Shown in pieces: positions 1 through 10,713 of a stretch of 64,000 nucleotides of DNA (positions are counted from its first letter, which is position 1; each line of letters starts with the position of its first letter). Under the pieces are notes generated by a model, which saw only the letters and a program-made list of their open reading frames with translations, was not told the origin of the DNA and did no database searches. A program made the translations under genes and the position numbers. The stretch lies in NCBI GenBank assembly GCA_965279375.1, contig OZ257156.1:3168001-3232000 (forward strand), read 5' to 3'. This stretch comes from Gemmatimonas sp. Its GTDB lineage: Bacteria > Gemmatimonadota > Gemmatimonadetes > Gemmatimonadales > Gemmatimonadaceae.

Positions 1-1
1 T

Positions 2-1012
2 CGGTGTGGCCGCCGCGAACGGTGCGCAGCTCACGATCTCGTTCGCCGAGTTCATGTAGACGGTGCCGTTGATCGTCTGACAGCCTTCTGACCAACTTTT
101 CACGTCGCGCGTCATCCCGGCTCCACCCCAGTGAATGTTGATCGTGGCGTTGGGCTCGAGCCCCTTGGAGAGATCGGCTTCGTCGAGACGCTTGTCGGCG
201 CCTGCGCGCACCACCAGCACGCCGGCGCTCTTCGGACGGAGCGCGAGGTAGGTGCTCTTGTGCCAGCCGAAGTGGTAGTCATGTTGCCCCGGCACCAGAA
301 ACGGTGGGCCTGCCGGATTCTCTGAGGCGCCCGGCTCGGTCGTGCCCTGAAACTTGAAGACGAGCCCCTTGATCAGCAGCACGAAAATGTCATCGAACTT
401 CCCCTGCGCTTCTGCGCGGCGAATGCCGATGAGGTGCATGTTGCCCGCAGCGGAGAAATCCCACTGCGCCACTTTGCGCGTGTCGCTTGGCTTGGTGAAC
501 GCATTCACCATCTCGAGCACCTTGCTGGGTTTGGCGAGGTACTGCTGTTTCACCTGCTCCAGCAGCGCGAGCCATTCACCGTATTCGCCGGTGGATGGCG
601 CGCCCGCGGCCCATGCGGCAATTGTCGGCGCCCACATTGTGCGCAACTGACCGCTCTGCCAGCGCTGCAAATGCTCCTGCGTTTGCGGCCCCACACGCCC
701 ATCGGGCGTACATGGCTTCCCCTCCACCGATCGCACGTACTCCTGAAACAGCCGGATCGCGGACTGCGTGCGGTAACCGCAGATCCCGTCCGCCACGCCA
801 CCAGGAAAGAAGCCGATTTCCTTGAGCGCTGCCTGCACCTGCGCGATCGTGAGCTCCGCCGGCGCGCTCGGCGGCATGCGCTTGAGCGCGATCTTGTCGT
901 TTCCGGGACGCACATCGGCGAGCTTCAGTCGCGTAATGCGCTCCACCTCCTTGGTGTAAGCGTCGCGTGCTGCGTCAGATACGTTCGCATCGAGGGATCC
1001 GAGCTCGATCAT
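2..1012 (-). CDS. Peptidoglycan-binding domain protein with a putative YkuD/L,D-transpeptidase-like C-terminal domain (3' end runs off the window; absent from the ORF track)
   Basis: Manual minus-strand translation from ATG at 1012: MIELGSLDAN...VQAALKEIGFFPGGVADGICGYRTQSAIRLFQE...DGRVGPQT (PG_binding_1 pattern), then INIHWGG...SWSEGCQ (His..SxGC pattern); open to the window edge. Confidence 0.75.
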   Translation of the reverse strand, partial: MIELGSLDANVSDAARDAYTKEVERITRLKLADVRPGNDKIALKRMPPSAPAELTIAQVQAALKEIGFFPGGVADGICGYRTQSAIRLFQEYVRSVEGKPCTPDGRVGPQTQEHLQRWQSGQLRTMWAPTIAAWAAGAPSTGEYGEWLALLEQVKQQYLAKPSKVLEMVNAFTKPSDTRKVAQWDFSAAGNMHLIGIRRAEAQGKFDDIFVLLIKGLVFKFQGTTEPGASENPAGPPFLVPGQHDYHFGWHKSTYLALRPKSAGVLVVRAGADKRLDEADLSKGLEPNATINIHWGGAGMTRDVKSWSEGCQTINGTVYMNSANEIVSCAPFAAATP

Positions 1013-1159
1013 CCGAGGACTCCGAGGAGAGTGGTGGGCGGAGAGGTGTGATGCGTTGTGCCACCCAAGAAGGCAACGCGATCGCGCGCTGCGTGCAATA
1101 GGTCATTCGAGCGATATCGTGGTACCGGTGTCCTGACTGGCCGACGGTACCATCCGTCC

Positions 1160-2737
1160 ATGCTCGCCGCCGCGCAGTCCGCCGCCGTCCTCGGAATCGA
1201 CGCCTTCGACATCACTGTCGAAGTGCATGTAGCCAACGGGCTACCACAGTGGACGCTCGTTGGTCTTGCCGCAACGGCAGTGAAGGAGAGCCGCGACCGC
1301 GTCGGGGCGGCGTTGGCCAACTCTGGGTTTGTGGTGCCGCCTCGACGGATCACCGTCAATCTCCAGCCCGCCGACACACCGAAAACCGGAACCGCATTCG
1401 ATCTGCCCATCGCCCTCGCCCTCCTCGCTGCCAGCGGACAGCTGCCGTCGGCCGCGTTGCAGGGCGTGTGCGCGATAGGAGAACTCGGACTTGATGGACA
1501 ACTTCGCAGCGTGCGCGGCGTCCTCGCCGTCGCCAGGCACGTCACCAACACCAGCGCACCACTACTCATCGTTCCACCAGACAACCTCGCGGAAGCTCTC
1601 CGCGTCCCGCACGCCCGCGCCGCCGCACCGCCCTCGCTCCAGGCGCTCGTCGCAGCACTGCGCGATGGTCAACTCGTTGCCGCGCCGCGCTCCGCCGCTC
1701 CACCAGCCCCCGACGCCGACGTGCCCGATCTCGGCGATGTCGTCGGCCAAGAGTTCGCCGTACGCGCCCTCGAGATCGCCGCGGCGGGGGCGCACAACCT
1801 TCTGCTGGTAGGGCCACCCGGCGCAGGCAAAACGATGCTTGCGCGCCGACTCCCGGGAATCCTGCCACCGCTCGACGACGACGAAGCACTCGACGTCCTC
1901 GCGATTCACTCCGTCGCCGGAACACTGGCGCCGTCCGCCACGTCGGCCACACAACCGCTCCGACCGTTTCGCGCACCACATCACTCCATCTCCACCGCCG
2001 GCCTCGTCGGCGGCGGCGGCTGGCCTCGACCCGGTGAAGTCAGCCTCGCGCACCGCGGTGTGCTCTTTCTGGATGAGCTGAGCCTGTTCCCGCGACACAC
2101 CCTCGAAGCGCTGCGGCAACCGCTCGAAGATGGTAGCGTCGTCATCGCCCGCGCCGCACGCGCCGTGCGATTTCCCGCCCGCTTTTCACTCGTCGCTGCC
2201 ACCAACCCCTGCGCCTGCGGCTTCGCCGGAAGCGACGATCGACAATGCCGCTGCTCCGTCGCCGAACTCGAACGGCATCGGTCACGTCTGTCGGGTCCAC
2301 TCGCTGACCGCATCGATCTGCATGTGCCGGTACAGCGCGTGCCGGCGAGCACCCTCGCCGCACACACCAGCGCGGATCGCTCACACATCGTCCGCACCCG
2401 CGTAGAGCGCGCTCGAGAGCGACAGCGCCAGCGCTACGCGCATTCCGCTCGTCTGCTCGAGCGCGGAACTGCGGCCGACGTGCATCAGGATACCAACGCC
2501 TCCGCACCCGCACGCATCATCACGCCCGCGGCGCGTCTCGACTCCACCGCGCGCGCCCTCCTCGTTCACGCTGCGGAACGGCTCGCCCTCTCCGCGCGCT
2601 CCTACCATCGCGTGCTGCGCGTCGCACGCACCATCGCGGACCTCGACGAAGCCGATCAGGTCGCTCGTGATCACATCGCCGAAGCACTCTACTATCGCCC
2701 CGCGCTTGCCGCAGTCGAGTCCAACCCTGTACCGTGA
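1160..2737 (+). CDS. comM: YifB/ComM Mg-chelatase-like AAA+ ATPase
   Basis: VKESRDRV, INL-like VNLQPAD, Walker A GPPGAGKT, RPFRAPHH, PGEVSLAHRGVLFLDE, NPCACG; ATG at 1160. Confidence 0.93.
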   Translation: MLAAAQSAAVLGIDAFDITVEVHVANGLPQWTLVGLAATAVKESRDRVGAALANSGFVVPPRRITVNLQPADTPKTGTAFDLPIALALLAASGQLPSAALQGVCAIGELGLDGQLRSVRGVLAVARHVTNTSAPLLIVPPDNLAEALRVPHARAAAPPSLQALVAALRDGQLVAAPRSAAPPAPDADVPDLGDVVGQEFAVRALEIAAAGAHNLLLVGPPGAGKTMLARRLPGILPPLDDDEALDVLAIHSVAGTLAPSATSATQPLRPFRAPHHSISTAGLVGGGGWPRPGEVSLAHRGVLFLDELSLFPRHTLEALRQPLEDGSVVIARAARAVRFPARFSLVAATNPCACGFAGSDDRQCRCSVAELERHRSRLSGPLADRIDLHVPVQRVPASTLAAHTSADRSHIVRTRVERARERQRQRYAHSARLLERGTAADVHQDTNASAPARIITPAARLDSTARALLVHAAERLALSARSYHRVLRVARTIADLDEADQVARDHIAEALYYRPALAAVESNPVP

Positions 2738-2740
2738 GGC

Positions 2741-3763
2741 ATGCTCGGCCACGCACCCGCCGCCCCGCAGGACTCGCAACATTCGCATGACCATGATGAT
2801 CCCAATCATCGTCATGAGCTCGGCGCGCAGGGTGCACACGCGCACTCGCACGCGCACGCAGGTCCGCACAATCACAGCCACGCGCCAGCCTCGTTCGATC
2901 GCGCGTTCGCCGTCGGCATCGCCCTCAATTGCAGCTTCGTTCTCGCTGAAGTGCTCTTCGGGCTGCACGCCAAGTCGCTCGCGCTGCTGGCCGACGCCGG
3001 ACACAACCTCGGCGACGTCCTCGGACTCGCGCTTGCCTGGGCCGGCGCCGTGCTCGCCCGACGCGAACCAACCGAACGGCGCACATACGGCCTGCGGCGA
3101 TTCTCAGTGCTCGCAGCGATGGGGAACGCGGCCATCCTCTTCATCGCGGTTGGCGCCATCGCCATCGAAGCAATCCAGCGCATGCGCGCGCCAGCAGCGG
3201 TCGCCACTGGCACCGTCATCGCTGTCGCGGCCGCCGGTATCGTCATCAACCTCGTCACAGCCCTCGGCTTCATGCGCGGCCGCCACGGTGACCTCAACGT
3301 ACGCGGCGCCTTTCTGCACATGGTCGGAGATGCCGCGGTGTCGGCCGGCGTTGTCATCGCTGCCATCGCGATTCAGTTGACCGGACTCCTCGTCATCGAT
3401 CCGATCGTCAGCCTCGTCATCGCAGCGCTGATCGGCTGGGGCAGCTGGTCCCTCGCACGCGACTCCGCCAATCTCGCGCTCGACGCGGTGCCGCAGTCCA
3501 TCGACCCCACCGCGGTCCGCGCGCAACTCATGGCGCTCGACGGCGTAGTGAACGTGCACGACCTGCACATCTGGGCCATGAGCACCACCGAAGTCGCACT
3601 CACTGCACACCTGCTGCGCCCCTGCGCCTGCGGAGAAGACGCGCTACTCGCCGACGCCACACAACGACTCTCGGAGCGCTTCGGCATTGGACATGTCACG
3701 CTGCAACTGGAACGTGGACAGAACGATTTCCCCTGTGGTCAAGCACGCCCCGGCGCCGTCTGA
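2741..3763 (+). CDS. Cation diffusion facilitator (CzcD/ZitB-like) Zn/Co/Cd exporter
   Basis: His-rich N-terminus, SLALLADAGHNLGD, NVRGAFLHMVGD, VHDLHIW. Confidence 0.92.
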   Translation: MLGHAPAAPQDSQHSHDHDDPNHRHELGAQGAHAHSHAHAGPHNHSHAPASFDRAFAVGIALNCSFVLAEVLFGLHAKSLALLADAGHNLGDVLGLALAWAGAVLARREPTERRTYGLRRFSVLAAMGNAAILFIAVGAIAIEAIQRMRAPAAVATGTVIAVAAAGIVINLVTALGFMRGRHGDLNVRGAFLHMVGDAAVSAGVVIAAIAIQLTGLLVIDPIVSLVIAALIGWGSWSLARDSANLALDAVPQSIDPTAVRAQLMALDGVVNVHDLHIWAMSTTEVALTAHLLRPCACGEDALLADATQRLSERFGIGHVTLQLERGQNDFPCGQARPGAV

Positions 3764-3805
3764 CGTGCGCCCCTCACTGCGCCATCTCTCCTTCGGACGA
3801 TCAGC

Positions 3806-4594
3806 ATGGGCTGCCTGAGTCGAGCCGGTTGTCTCGTCGTGATCGTGATCGCGGGCGCGGGCGCGTACTGGATGTACGGCGACCGACTGCCGAAATCGCT
3901 TTCGGGCGATCTGGCCCGCGCGCAGAAAGAGGTCGCCGCGGCGTCCAGGCAGGTCACCGACCGCCTCTCTTCTGCCGACAGTGCACGACGCGCCGAACGC
4001 ACGGCGGAAGAGCGAGCACTCGTCTGGGCGTCGCTCGACGAATCGTCCGTGGACCCATCAGCCACTCCGCGCGGGAAGGATCCGCTGCTGGCACTCGGCC
4101 GCGCGAGCGGACCAGCCTTCGTCACACTGAGCGCCAGCGATGCGGCCGCGATTCTCGCCCCCTCCATCCGACGTGCGCTGCCACGCAACGCGAGCGAACC
4201 GGCGCTGGCTTTCAGCGACGATCGCATCCAACTGCGCGCCGTCGTCGATCTGCGCGACTACACCGGCGATGGCGCCATCGGTACGCTGCTGGGCGGCGCA
4301 CTCGGGGGACGCGAGCCGCTGCGCATCGGCGGAACCCTGAGCGCCCCGCGTGCTGGTATGGCCGCGCTGCGTGTCACCGACCTGTCGCTCAAGGGCATCG
4401 GGGTGCCGTCAGCGCTGATTCCGCGCCTCCTGCGTACCTTACGCTCCCGCTCGGGAACGGCTCGCGCGGAATCGGAGGGCACGCTGCCTGCTGTCGAGTC
4501 GGACGAGAACGTGATCGAGTTCGCACTGCCCAAGCAGGTGGCCGACGTGCGACTCCAACATGGCAGACTCACGTTGTATCGAGCGACTCCCTGA
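3806..4594 (+). CDS. Hypothetical membrane-anchored protein (weak resemblance to DUF2993/LmeA-like folds)
   Basis: 262 aa ORF with an N-terminal hydrophobic helix, in operon orientation. Confidence 0.6.
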   Translation: MGCLSRAGCLVVIVIAGAGAYWMYGDRLPKSLSGDLARAQKEVAAASRQVTDRLSSADSARRAERTAEERALVWASLDESSVDPSATPRGKDPLLALGRASGPAFVTLSASDAAAILAPSIRRALPRNASEPALAFSDDRIQLRAVVDLRDYTGDGAIGTLLGGALGGREPLRIGGTLSAPRAGMAALRVTDLSLKGIGVPSALIPRLLRTLRSRSGTARAESEGTLPAVESDENVIEFALPKQVADVRLQHGRLTLYRATP

Positions 4595-4719
4595 TGCGCA
4601 TCACGTCCGGGTGGAGCATGTCATCGCTCAGCGGGTAGTCAGAAGAACCTCGCACTTATTCCCGCCGACAGTTCGGCTGAACGACACCATTTCGCGACTC
4701 GATCCAAGCCCCCTGCGTC

Positions 4720-6099
4720 ATGAGCCCACATCGCATACTCGTCATCGATGACGAACCCGGCATTCGACAGGCCCTCGGCCAACTCCTCGAATACGAAGGG
4801 TACGAGGTGCGCACGGCTGCCAGCGGTCCGCTCGGCATCGCCGAGTATGAGAAGTTCCGCCCGCAACTGGTGTTTCTCGATGTGAAGATGGCGGGCATCG
4901 ACGGACTCGAAGTGCTCAAGCGTCTGCGCCAGATCGATGGCGCGGCCACGGTGGTGATGATCAGCGGTCACGCCACCATCCAGACCGCCGTCGAAGCCAC
5001 GCAGCTCGGCGCGTACGACATTCTCGAAAAGCCGCTCGACACGGACCGCGTGCTCGTTCTGCTGCGCAATGCACTACAGCAGCGCACGCTCGCCGATGAG
5101 AATCAGCGGCTGCGGCAGACGATCGATTCGCGTTACGAGATTGTCGGACAGAGCTATGTGATTCGGGCGCTGCTAGAGCGGGTGGAGAAGGTCGCGGGTA
5201 CGCCGGCACGCGTGCTCATCACCGGAGAGAACGGCACCGGGAAGGAACTCGTGGCGCGTGCCATTCACCGCGGCTCGCAGCGCGAACGCAAGACGTTCGT
5301 GGAAGTGAACTGTGCGGCCATCCCGTCTGAGCTCATCGAGAGCGAGCTGTTCGGTCACATGAAGGGCTCGTTCACCGGTGCGATTTCGGATCGGGCCGGG
5401 AAGTTCGAACAGGCGGACGGCGGCACACTGTTTCTCGACGAAATCGGCGACATGTCGCTCGCCGCCCAGGCGAAGGTGCTGCGCGTGCTGCAGGACGGCG
5501 TGGTCACGCGGATTGGCGGCAACAAGCCCGTGCAGGTGGACGTGCGCGTACTCGCCGCGACCAACAAGGATCTCGAAGAGGAGATCAACGCGGGGCGTTT
5601 CCGAGAAGACCTGTTCTACCGTCTGAACGTCGTCCCGATCAGCGTGCCCGCACTCCGAGAACGGCGCGAAGACATCGAACCGCTGGTGCTGCACTTCCTG
5701 CAGCAGCTCGCCGCCCGTGACGGATTGCCCGCACGAAGCATCACCGACGAGGCGCTCAAAGCGCTGACCGCCCTCGACTGGCCCGGCAACGTGCGTGAAT
5801 TGCGCAACACGGTCGAACGGATGGTGATTCTGGCCAACGCGCCGGTGATCGGCCTCAACGACGTGGAGCGTCTGGTTGGCCGCCGCGCCGCGGAGCCGGC
5901 CGGACTTGGGGCCTTGGTGGACTGCGGGACCTTCGAGGAGTTCAAGCAGGAAGCCGAGCGCGCGTTTCTCGTGGCCAAGTTGCGGATGTTTGACTGGAAC
6001 GTGTCTGAGACGGCGCGGGCGCTGGACATGCCGCGGTCGAATCTGTACAAGAAGATCGAGCGTTATGGGTTGACGCGGGAACACGCGCCGGCGTCCTGA
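4720..6099 (+). CDS. Sigma-54-dependent response regulator (NtrC/NtrX family)
   Basis: Receiver domain (LVIDDE, FLDVKM), [24 protein letters not shown]-terminal Fis-type HTH. Confidence 0.93.
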   Translation: MSPHRILVIDDEPGIRQALGQLLEYEGYEVRTAASGPLGIAEYEKFRPQLVFLDVKMAGIDGLEVLKRLRQIDGAATVVMISGHATIQTAVEATQLGAYDILEKPLDTDRVLVLLRNALQQRTLADENQRLRQTIDSRYEIVGQSYVIRALLERVEKVAGTPARVLITGENGTGKELVARAIHRGSQRERKTFVEVNCAAIPSELIESELFGHMKGSFTGAISDRAGKFEQADGGTLFLDEIGDMSLAAQAKVLRVLQDGVVTRIGGNKPVQVDVRVLAATNKDLEEEINAGRFREDLFYRLNVVPISVPALRERREDIEPLVLHFLQQLAARDGLPARSITDEALKALTALDWPGNVRELRNTVERMVILANAPVIGLNDVERLVGRRAAEPAGLGALVDCGTFEEFKQEAERAFLVAKLRMFDWNVSETARALDMPRSNLYKKIERYGLTREHAPAS

Positions 6100-6126
6100 C
6101 GTCGACCTCCACTTTCTCTCTGTGCC

Positions 6127-6756
6127 ATGACCGACCGTAACTGGGAAGCCGAACTCGCCAAGATCGACAAGCAGCTGGCCTCCGTCTCCGACGAGCAGCT
6201 GCTGGCCGAGAGCCGAGCGCCGGCCAACAGGAAGGGCGGGCCACCGGCGGCGTTGCCCGCAGGAAAGGCGCCGGCTGCGGCCGTCGCCCCCACGCGCTCA
6301 GCGGCGCCGGCCGGCGGTACGTGGCGCGGCTGGGTGAAGGTCACGATCGCGGTCGCCGCCGCGGCGGGGCTGATGTTCTGGCCGTGGCCCGCCCGCTGCG
6401 GCCCGCCGCTCATGGGCTTCACGGCGGCCACCGGCGCGGTTGCACTGCTAGGCCTCTGGAGTGCCCTGGGGACGTGGCGCCATCGACTGGGCTTGGCCCA
6501 CGTTGCGTCGATGTTGGTCGTGGTGTGGGGGTTGGCGTTGGGCGCTCGCGAAGTGCTCCCGCGCGTCGGGTACGCGATCCCCACCGACCTGCGCGCGGCC
6601 GGCTGGAGCTGCGACCTGGTGCCCGCCGGAACCCTGCCCGCGGGGGGCGCTCCGAACGGCGCGCCATCGGCAACACCCTCCAATCCGCAGACCGCGCCGT
6701 CCGCCGATCCGACTGCGGCGCCGGTCACCTCCGGGGCCACTCCCACGCGACTCTGA
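6127..6756 (+). CDS. Hypothetical membrane protein
   Basis: 209 aa with three hydrophobic segments and a Pro/Ala-rich tail; fills the gap in the operon. Confidence 0.65.
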   Translation: MTDRNWEAELAKIDKQLASVSDEQLLAESRAPANRKGGPPAALPAGKAPAAAVAPTRSAAPAGGTWRGWVKVTIAVAAAAGLMFWPWPARCGPPLMGFTAATGAVALLGLWSALGTWRHRLGLAHVASMLVVVWGLALGAREVLPRVGYAIPTDLRAAGWSCDLVPAGTLPAGGAPNGAPSATPSNPQTAPSADPTAAPVTSGATPTRL

Positions 6757-6773
6757 CCGTGTAGCTTTCGGTC

Positions 6774-8258
6774 ATGACTACGTTCAAAAATTTCATCGGC
6801 GGACAGTGGGTTGCTCCGTCGACCGGCGAGTATTTCGAGAATCGCAATCCGGCCAATCAGGATGACCTGATTGGCCAGTTCCCCGCGTCTGGTGTGGAGG
6901 ACGTCGAGCGCGCTGTCGAAAGCGCACTTCGTGGCTTTGCACGGTGGAAGCGCACGCCGCCACCGGCTCGCGGCGACGTACTGCGTCGGGTCGGCGATCT
7001 GCTGTCGCAGCGCAAGGACGAGATTGCCGATCTGATGACGCGCGAGATGGGCAAGCCCGTTGCCGAAACGAAGGGCGACGTGCAGGAAGCGATCGACACG
7101 GCGTACTATGCGGCCACCGAAGGACGTCGCCTCTTCGGCCACACCGTGCCCAGCGAGTTGCGCGCGAAGTGGGCGATGAGCATGCGCCGGCCGATCGGTG
7201 TCTGCGGTCTCATCACGCCGTTCAATTTCCCGCTGGCCATTCCCACGTGGAAAGCCTTCCCAGCGCTTCTCTGCGGGAACGCCGTCATTCTCAAGCCCGC
7301 CGAAGACGTGCCGCACACGTCCACGGTGCTGGTCGAGATCCTGCTCGAAGCTGGCCTGCCGCCTGAAGTGATTCAGCTCGTGCACGGCATGGGTGAGGTC
7401 GTCGGCAAGGCGATTGTCGAGCACCCCAAGGTGCCGGTGATTTCGTTTACGGGCTCCACCGAGACCGGTCGCATCGTTGGCGAAACGTGCGGCCGCATGC
7501 ATAAACGGCTCTCGCTCGAAATGGGCGGCAAGAATGCGCAGATCGTGTTGGACGATGCCAATCTCGATCTCGCCATCGACGGCGTCCTCTGGGGCGCCTT
7601 CGGAACGACAGGGCAGCGCTGCACCGCAACAAGCCGCCTCATTCTACAGGACGGCATTCACGACGAATTCGTGGAGCGTCTGGTGGCACGCGCCGAAGCG
7701 CTCGTGCTGGGTGACGGTCGCGTAGCCGGAACCGATGTCGGTCCGCTCATTCACGAGGCGTCGCGCGAAAAGGTCGAGCGCTACGTGGAGATCGGGAAGG
7801 CGCAGGGTGCCACGCTGCGCACCGGTGGCGCACGTGCAACAGACGGCGCGCTCGCCAAGGGTTTCTTCTTCCAGCCGACGATCTTTACCGGCGTCACCGC
7901 GGGATCTCGGTTGGAGCAGGAAGAGATTTTTGGCCCTGTGCTTTCCGTGATCCGTGTCGCATCGGTGGATGAGGCGTTCACGGTCAACAATGACGTGCGC
8001 TACGGTCTGTCGTCTTCCGTGTACACGGCCAATGTCAACGTCGCGTTCCGTGCGCTCGATGAGCTCGACAACGGCATCACGTACGTCAACGCGCCGACGA
8101 TCGGCGCCGAAGCGCATCTGCCGTTTGGCGGCGTGAAGGAAACCGGCAACGGACACCGCGAAGGCGGCTGGGAAGTGTTCGAGTTCTACTCGGAGACCAA
8201 GGTCGGCTACATCGACTACTCCGGTGTGCTGCAGCGCGCGCAGATGGACAACTACTAG
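6774..8258 (+). CDS. NAD(P)-dependent aldehyde dehydrogenase
   Basis: [22 protein letters not shown], catalytic [22 protein letters not shown]. Confidence 0.95.
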   Translation: MTTFKNFIGGQWVAPSTGEYFENRNPANQDDLIGQFPASGVEDVERAVESALRGFARWKRTPPPARGDVLRRVGDLLSQRKDEIADLMTREMGKPVAETKGDVQEAIDTAYYAATEGRRLFGHTVPSELRAKWAMSMRRPIGVCGLITPFNFPLAIPTWKAFPALLCGNAVILKPAEDVPHTSTVLVEILLEAGLPPEVIQLVHGMGEVVGKAIVEHPKVPVISFTGSTETGRIVGETCGRMHKRLSLEMGGKNAQIVLDDANLDLAIDGVLWGAFGTTGQRCTATSRLILQDGIHDEFVERLVARAEALVLGDGRVAGTDVGPLIHEASREKVERYVEIGKAQGATLRTGGARATDGALAKGFFFQPTIFTGVTAGSRLEQEEIFGPVLSVIRVASVDEAFTVNNDVRYGLSSSVYTANVNVAFRALDELDNGITYVNAPTIGAEAHLPFGGVKETGNGHREGGWEVFEFYSETKVGYIDYSGVLQRAQMDNY

Positions 8259-8267
8259 CCGACCCGC

Positions 8268-9095
8268 ATGACTTCTCCGCAAGGGCTGCCGAACGAAACG
8301 CCGCGATCGGTCACGGCGATCGTGGATCGTGACGAGGCGGTGCGATCTGCAGCCCTTCGTGCGGCGAACGGTCGCACGCGCGCGTCACGTGGTGCGCGGC
8401 TGACTTGGCTCTGGGAGTGGGCGAAGGTCTTTCCGGCCGCCGTGCTGCTCTTTCTGTTGCTGCGTTCATTTCTCGTCGAGGCGTACAAGATTCCGTCGGG
8501 GAGCATGGAGCGCACGCTGCTCGTGGGCGACTTCCTGCTGGTGAACAAACTCGTCTACGGCGCGGAGATCCCGTTCTCCGGCAAGCGGCTCCCGTCGTGG
8601 CGCGCGCCACAGCGTGGCGACGTCATCGTCTTCGATTGGCCGGTCGATCCCAGCAAGAACTTCGTCAAGCGCCTCGTGGGACTGCCCGGCGACACGCTCT
8701 CCATGCGCGACGGCACGCTGCTGCGCAATTCCGTACCGCTCACGGAGCGTTACGTTGTGCGCACGGAGCCCAACGTGGATCCGGTGAACGACGATTTCCG
8801 CTGGCAGAAGGGATATGTCGTCAAGACGGCCGCCGCTGCTAGCACAACGGACCTTGGCGTGTATCATCCGTCTCGCAACAACTGGGGGCCGATTGTCGTG
8901 CCGCCGTCCCACATGTTCGTTCTGGGAGACAATCGCGACAATTCCCTCGATAGCCGTTACTGGGGATTCGTGCCCGACAGCCTATTGCGCGGCACCCCCT
9001 TGATGGTCTACTACAGTTTCACGCCGGACTCCACTCGCCCCTTCGCCTGGTTGACGCACATACGCTGGTCTCGAGTCGGGAATGTGGTGCGCTGA
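8268..9095 (+). CDS. lepB: Signal peptidase I
   Basis: IPSGSM catalytic Ser, VKRLVGLPGD Lys, GDNRDNSLDSRYWG. Confidence 0.95.
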   Translation: MTSPQGLPNETPRSVTAIVDRDEAVRSAALRAANGRTRASRGARLTWLWEWAKVFPAAVLLFLLLRSFLVEAYKIPSGSMERTLLVGDFLLVNKLVYGAEIPFSGKRLPSWRAPQRGDVIVFDWPVDPSKNFVKRLVGLPGDTLSMRDGTLLRNSVPLTERYVVRTEPNVDPVNDDFRWQKGYVVKTAAAASTTDLGVYHPSRNNWGPIVVPPSHMFVLGDNRDNSLDSRYWGFVPDSLLRGTPLMVYYSFTPDSTRPFAWLTHIRWSRVGNVVR

Positions 9096-9273
9096 TGGTG
9101 TCGTCTTGAGCGGACCGCTGTTGCCCCGCCGTTTCGGCGTTCACATTACTGCGTGACAGTTCAGCGGCAGGCGTTCCTGGTCGACGCCGCCGCCTTCAGG
9201 TTTCTGCCGAGCGTCGCATGCGGCGCCGCGTCCATCGGCAGTTCGATTTCCGCCCTAACGAGCCGCTGTCCTC

Positions 9274-10137
9274 ATGGCCGTATCTCCGTCGAAGAAAAAG
9301 GCGTCATCGTACGAAGAAGGTTCGCTCGACCAGTACCTGCGAGACATCAGTGCGTATCCGCTGATCTCGCGGGAAGAAGAAGCGGAGTTGGCGCGGCGCA
9401 TTCGCGTAGGCGACCAGGAGGCGCTCGATAAACTCGTGCGCTCGAACCTGCGCTTCGTCGTCTCCGTGGCCAAGAAATACCAGAACCAGGGCGTCTCGCT
9501 CTCGGACCTGATCAACGAGGGCAACCTCGGTCTGATCCGCGCCGCGCACAAATTCGACGAGACGAAGGGGATCAAGTTCATCTCCTACGCGGTCTGGTGG
9601 ATTCGCCAGGCGATTCTGCAGGCGCTCGCCGAGCAGTCGCGAATCGTGCGTGTGCCGCTCAACCGCGCGGGGACGCTGCACCGCATCGGCAAGCGTGCCA
9701 ACTCGCTGCTGCAGGAACTCGGACGCGAAGCGACGCACGCCGAGATCGCCGAGGGGATGGACATCACCGAGGAAGAAGTCGCCAAGACGATGTCCATCTC
9801 GCAGGTGCATCTCTCGCTCGATGCGCCGCTCACGCCGGGCGAAGACAATCGCCTGCTGGACTATCTCGCCGACACGGTCAACCCCACCCCCGACGAACAG
9901 ACGTTCGAGAAGGCCCTCACCGAAGCGATCGAAGATTCGCTTGGCGGCCTCAAGGAACGCGAAGCGAAGATCCTTCGCCTCTACTTCGGCATCGACGGCG
10001 CCGAGCCGATGACGCTGGAGGAGATCGGCACGCTGCTCGGGATCACGCGCGAGCGGGTGCGGCAGATCAAGGAGAAGGCGCTTTCGCGACTGCGCCACGT
10101 CTCGCGCGCCAAGTCGCTCGAAAGCTTTCTGAGCTGA
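9274..10137 (+). CDS. RNA polymerase sigma-70 factor, RpoD/SigA family, short form without region 1.1
   Basis: NLRFVVSVAKKY, DLINEGNLGL, KFISYAVWWIRQ, TLEEIG..ITRERVRQI. Confidence 0.93.
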   Translation: MAVSPSKKKASSYEEGSLDQYLRDISAYPLISREEEAELARRIRVGDQEALDKLVRSNLRFVVSVAKKYQNQGVSLSDLINEGNLGLIRAAHKFDETKGIKFISYAVWWIRQAILQALAEQSRIVRVPLNRAGTLHRIGKRANSLLQELGREATHAEIAEGMDITEEEVAKTMSISQVHLSLDAPLTPGEDNRLLDYLADTVNPTPDEQTFEKALTEAIEDSLGGLKEREAKILRLYFGIDGAEPMTLEEIGTLLGITRERVRQIKEKALSRLRHVSRAKSLESFLS

Positions 10138-10173
10138 CCGTCGGCGCCCGCCGACTGACCATCCAATTATCTC

Positions 10174-10674
10174 ATGGCTTCGATGTATTCATTCGACGTG
10201 ACCACCGGTTGCGACTTGCAGGAAGTCGACAACGCGGTGAACCAGGCGCAGAAGGAAGTCACGCAGCGTTTCGACTTCAAAGGCTCGCACGTGCTCATCG
10301 AGTTCAAGCGCGCCGACAATCTCATTCAGCTGGAAGCCGAGGGTGAGATGCGCATGGACGCCCTCGTGGACGTGCTGCGCGGTCGCCTGATCAAGCGCGG
10401 CGTGCCGGTCAAGAATCTCGATATCACCGACCCCAAGCCGGGCAGCCACGAGATTCTGCGCAGCGAGATCAAGCTCAAGATGGCGCTCGACTCTGAGACG
10501 GCGAAGAAGGTGAGTGCGGCGATCAAGGAAGCGAAGATGAAGAAGATCACCGCGGCCATTCAGGGCGAGCAGGTGCGCGTCTCCAGCCCGGACAAGGATG
10601 CGCTGCAGGAGTGCATGACACTGCTGCGCAAAGGGGACTACGGCGTCGAACTGCAGTTCGGGAATTTTCGATAG
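10174..10674 (+). CDS. yajQ: YajQ family nucleotide/c-di-GMP-binding protein
   Basis: SFDV...EVDNAVNQ...RFDFKGS, IQGEQVRV, LQFGNFR. Confidence 0.92.
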   Translation: MASMYSFDVTTGCDLQEVDNAVNQAQKEVTQRFDFKGSHVLIEFKRADNLIQLEAEGEMRMDALVDVLRGRLIKRGVPVKNLDITDPKPGSHEILRSEIKLKMALDSETAKKVSAAIKEAKMKKITAAIQGEQVRVSSPDKDALQECMTLLRKGDYGVELQFGNFR

Positions 10675-10713
10675 GCCGGGGTGCGCTGAGCGGCTGTTCG
10701 GCTAGCTTTCACG

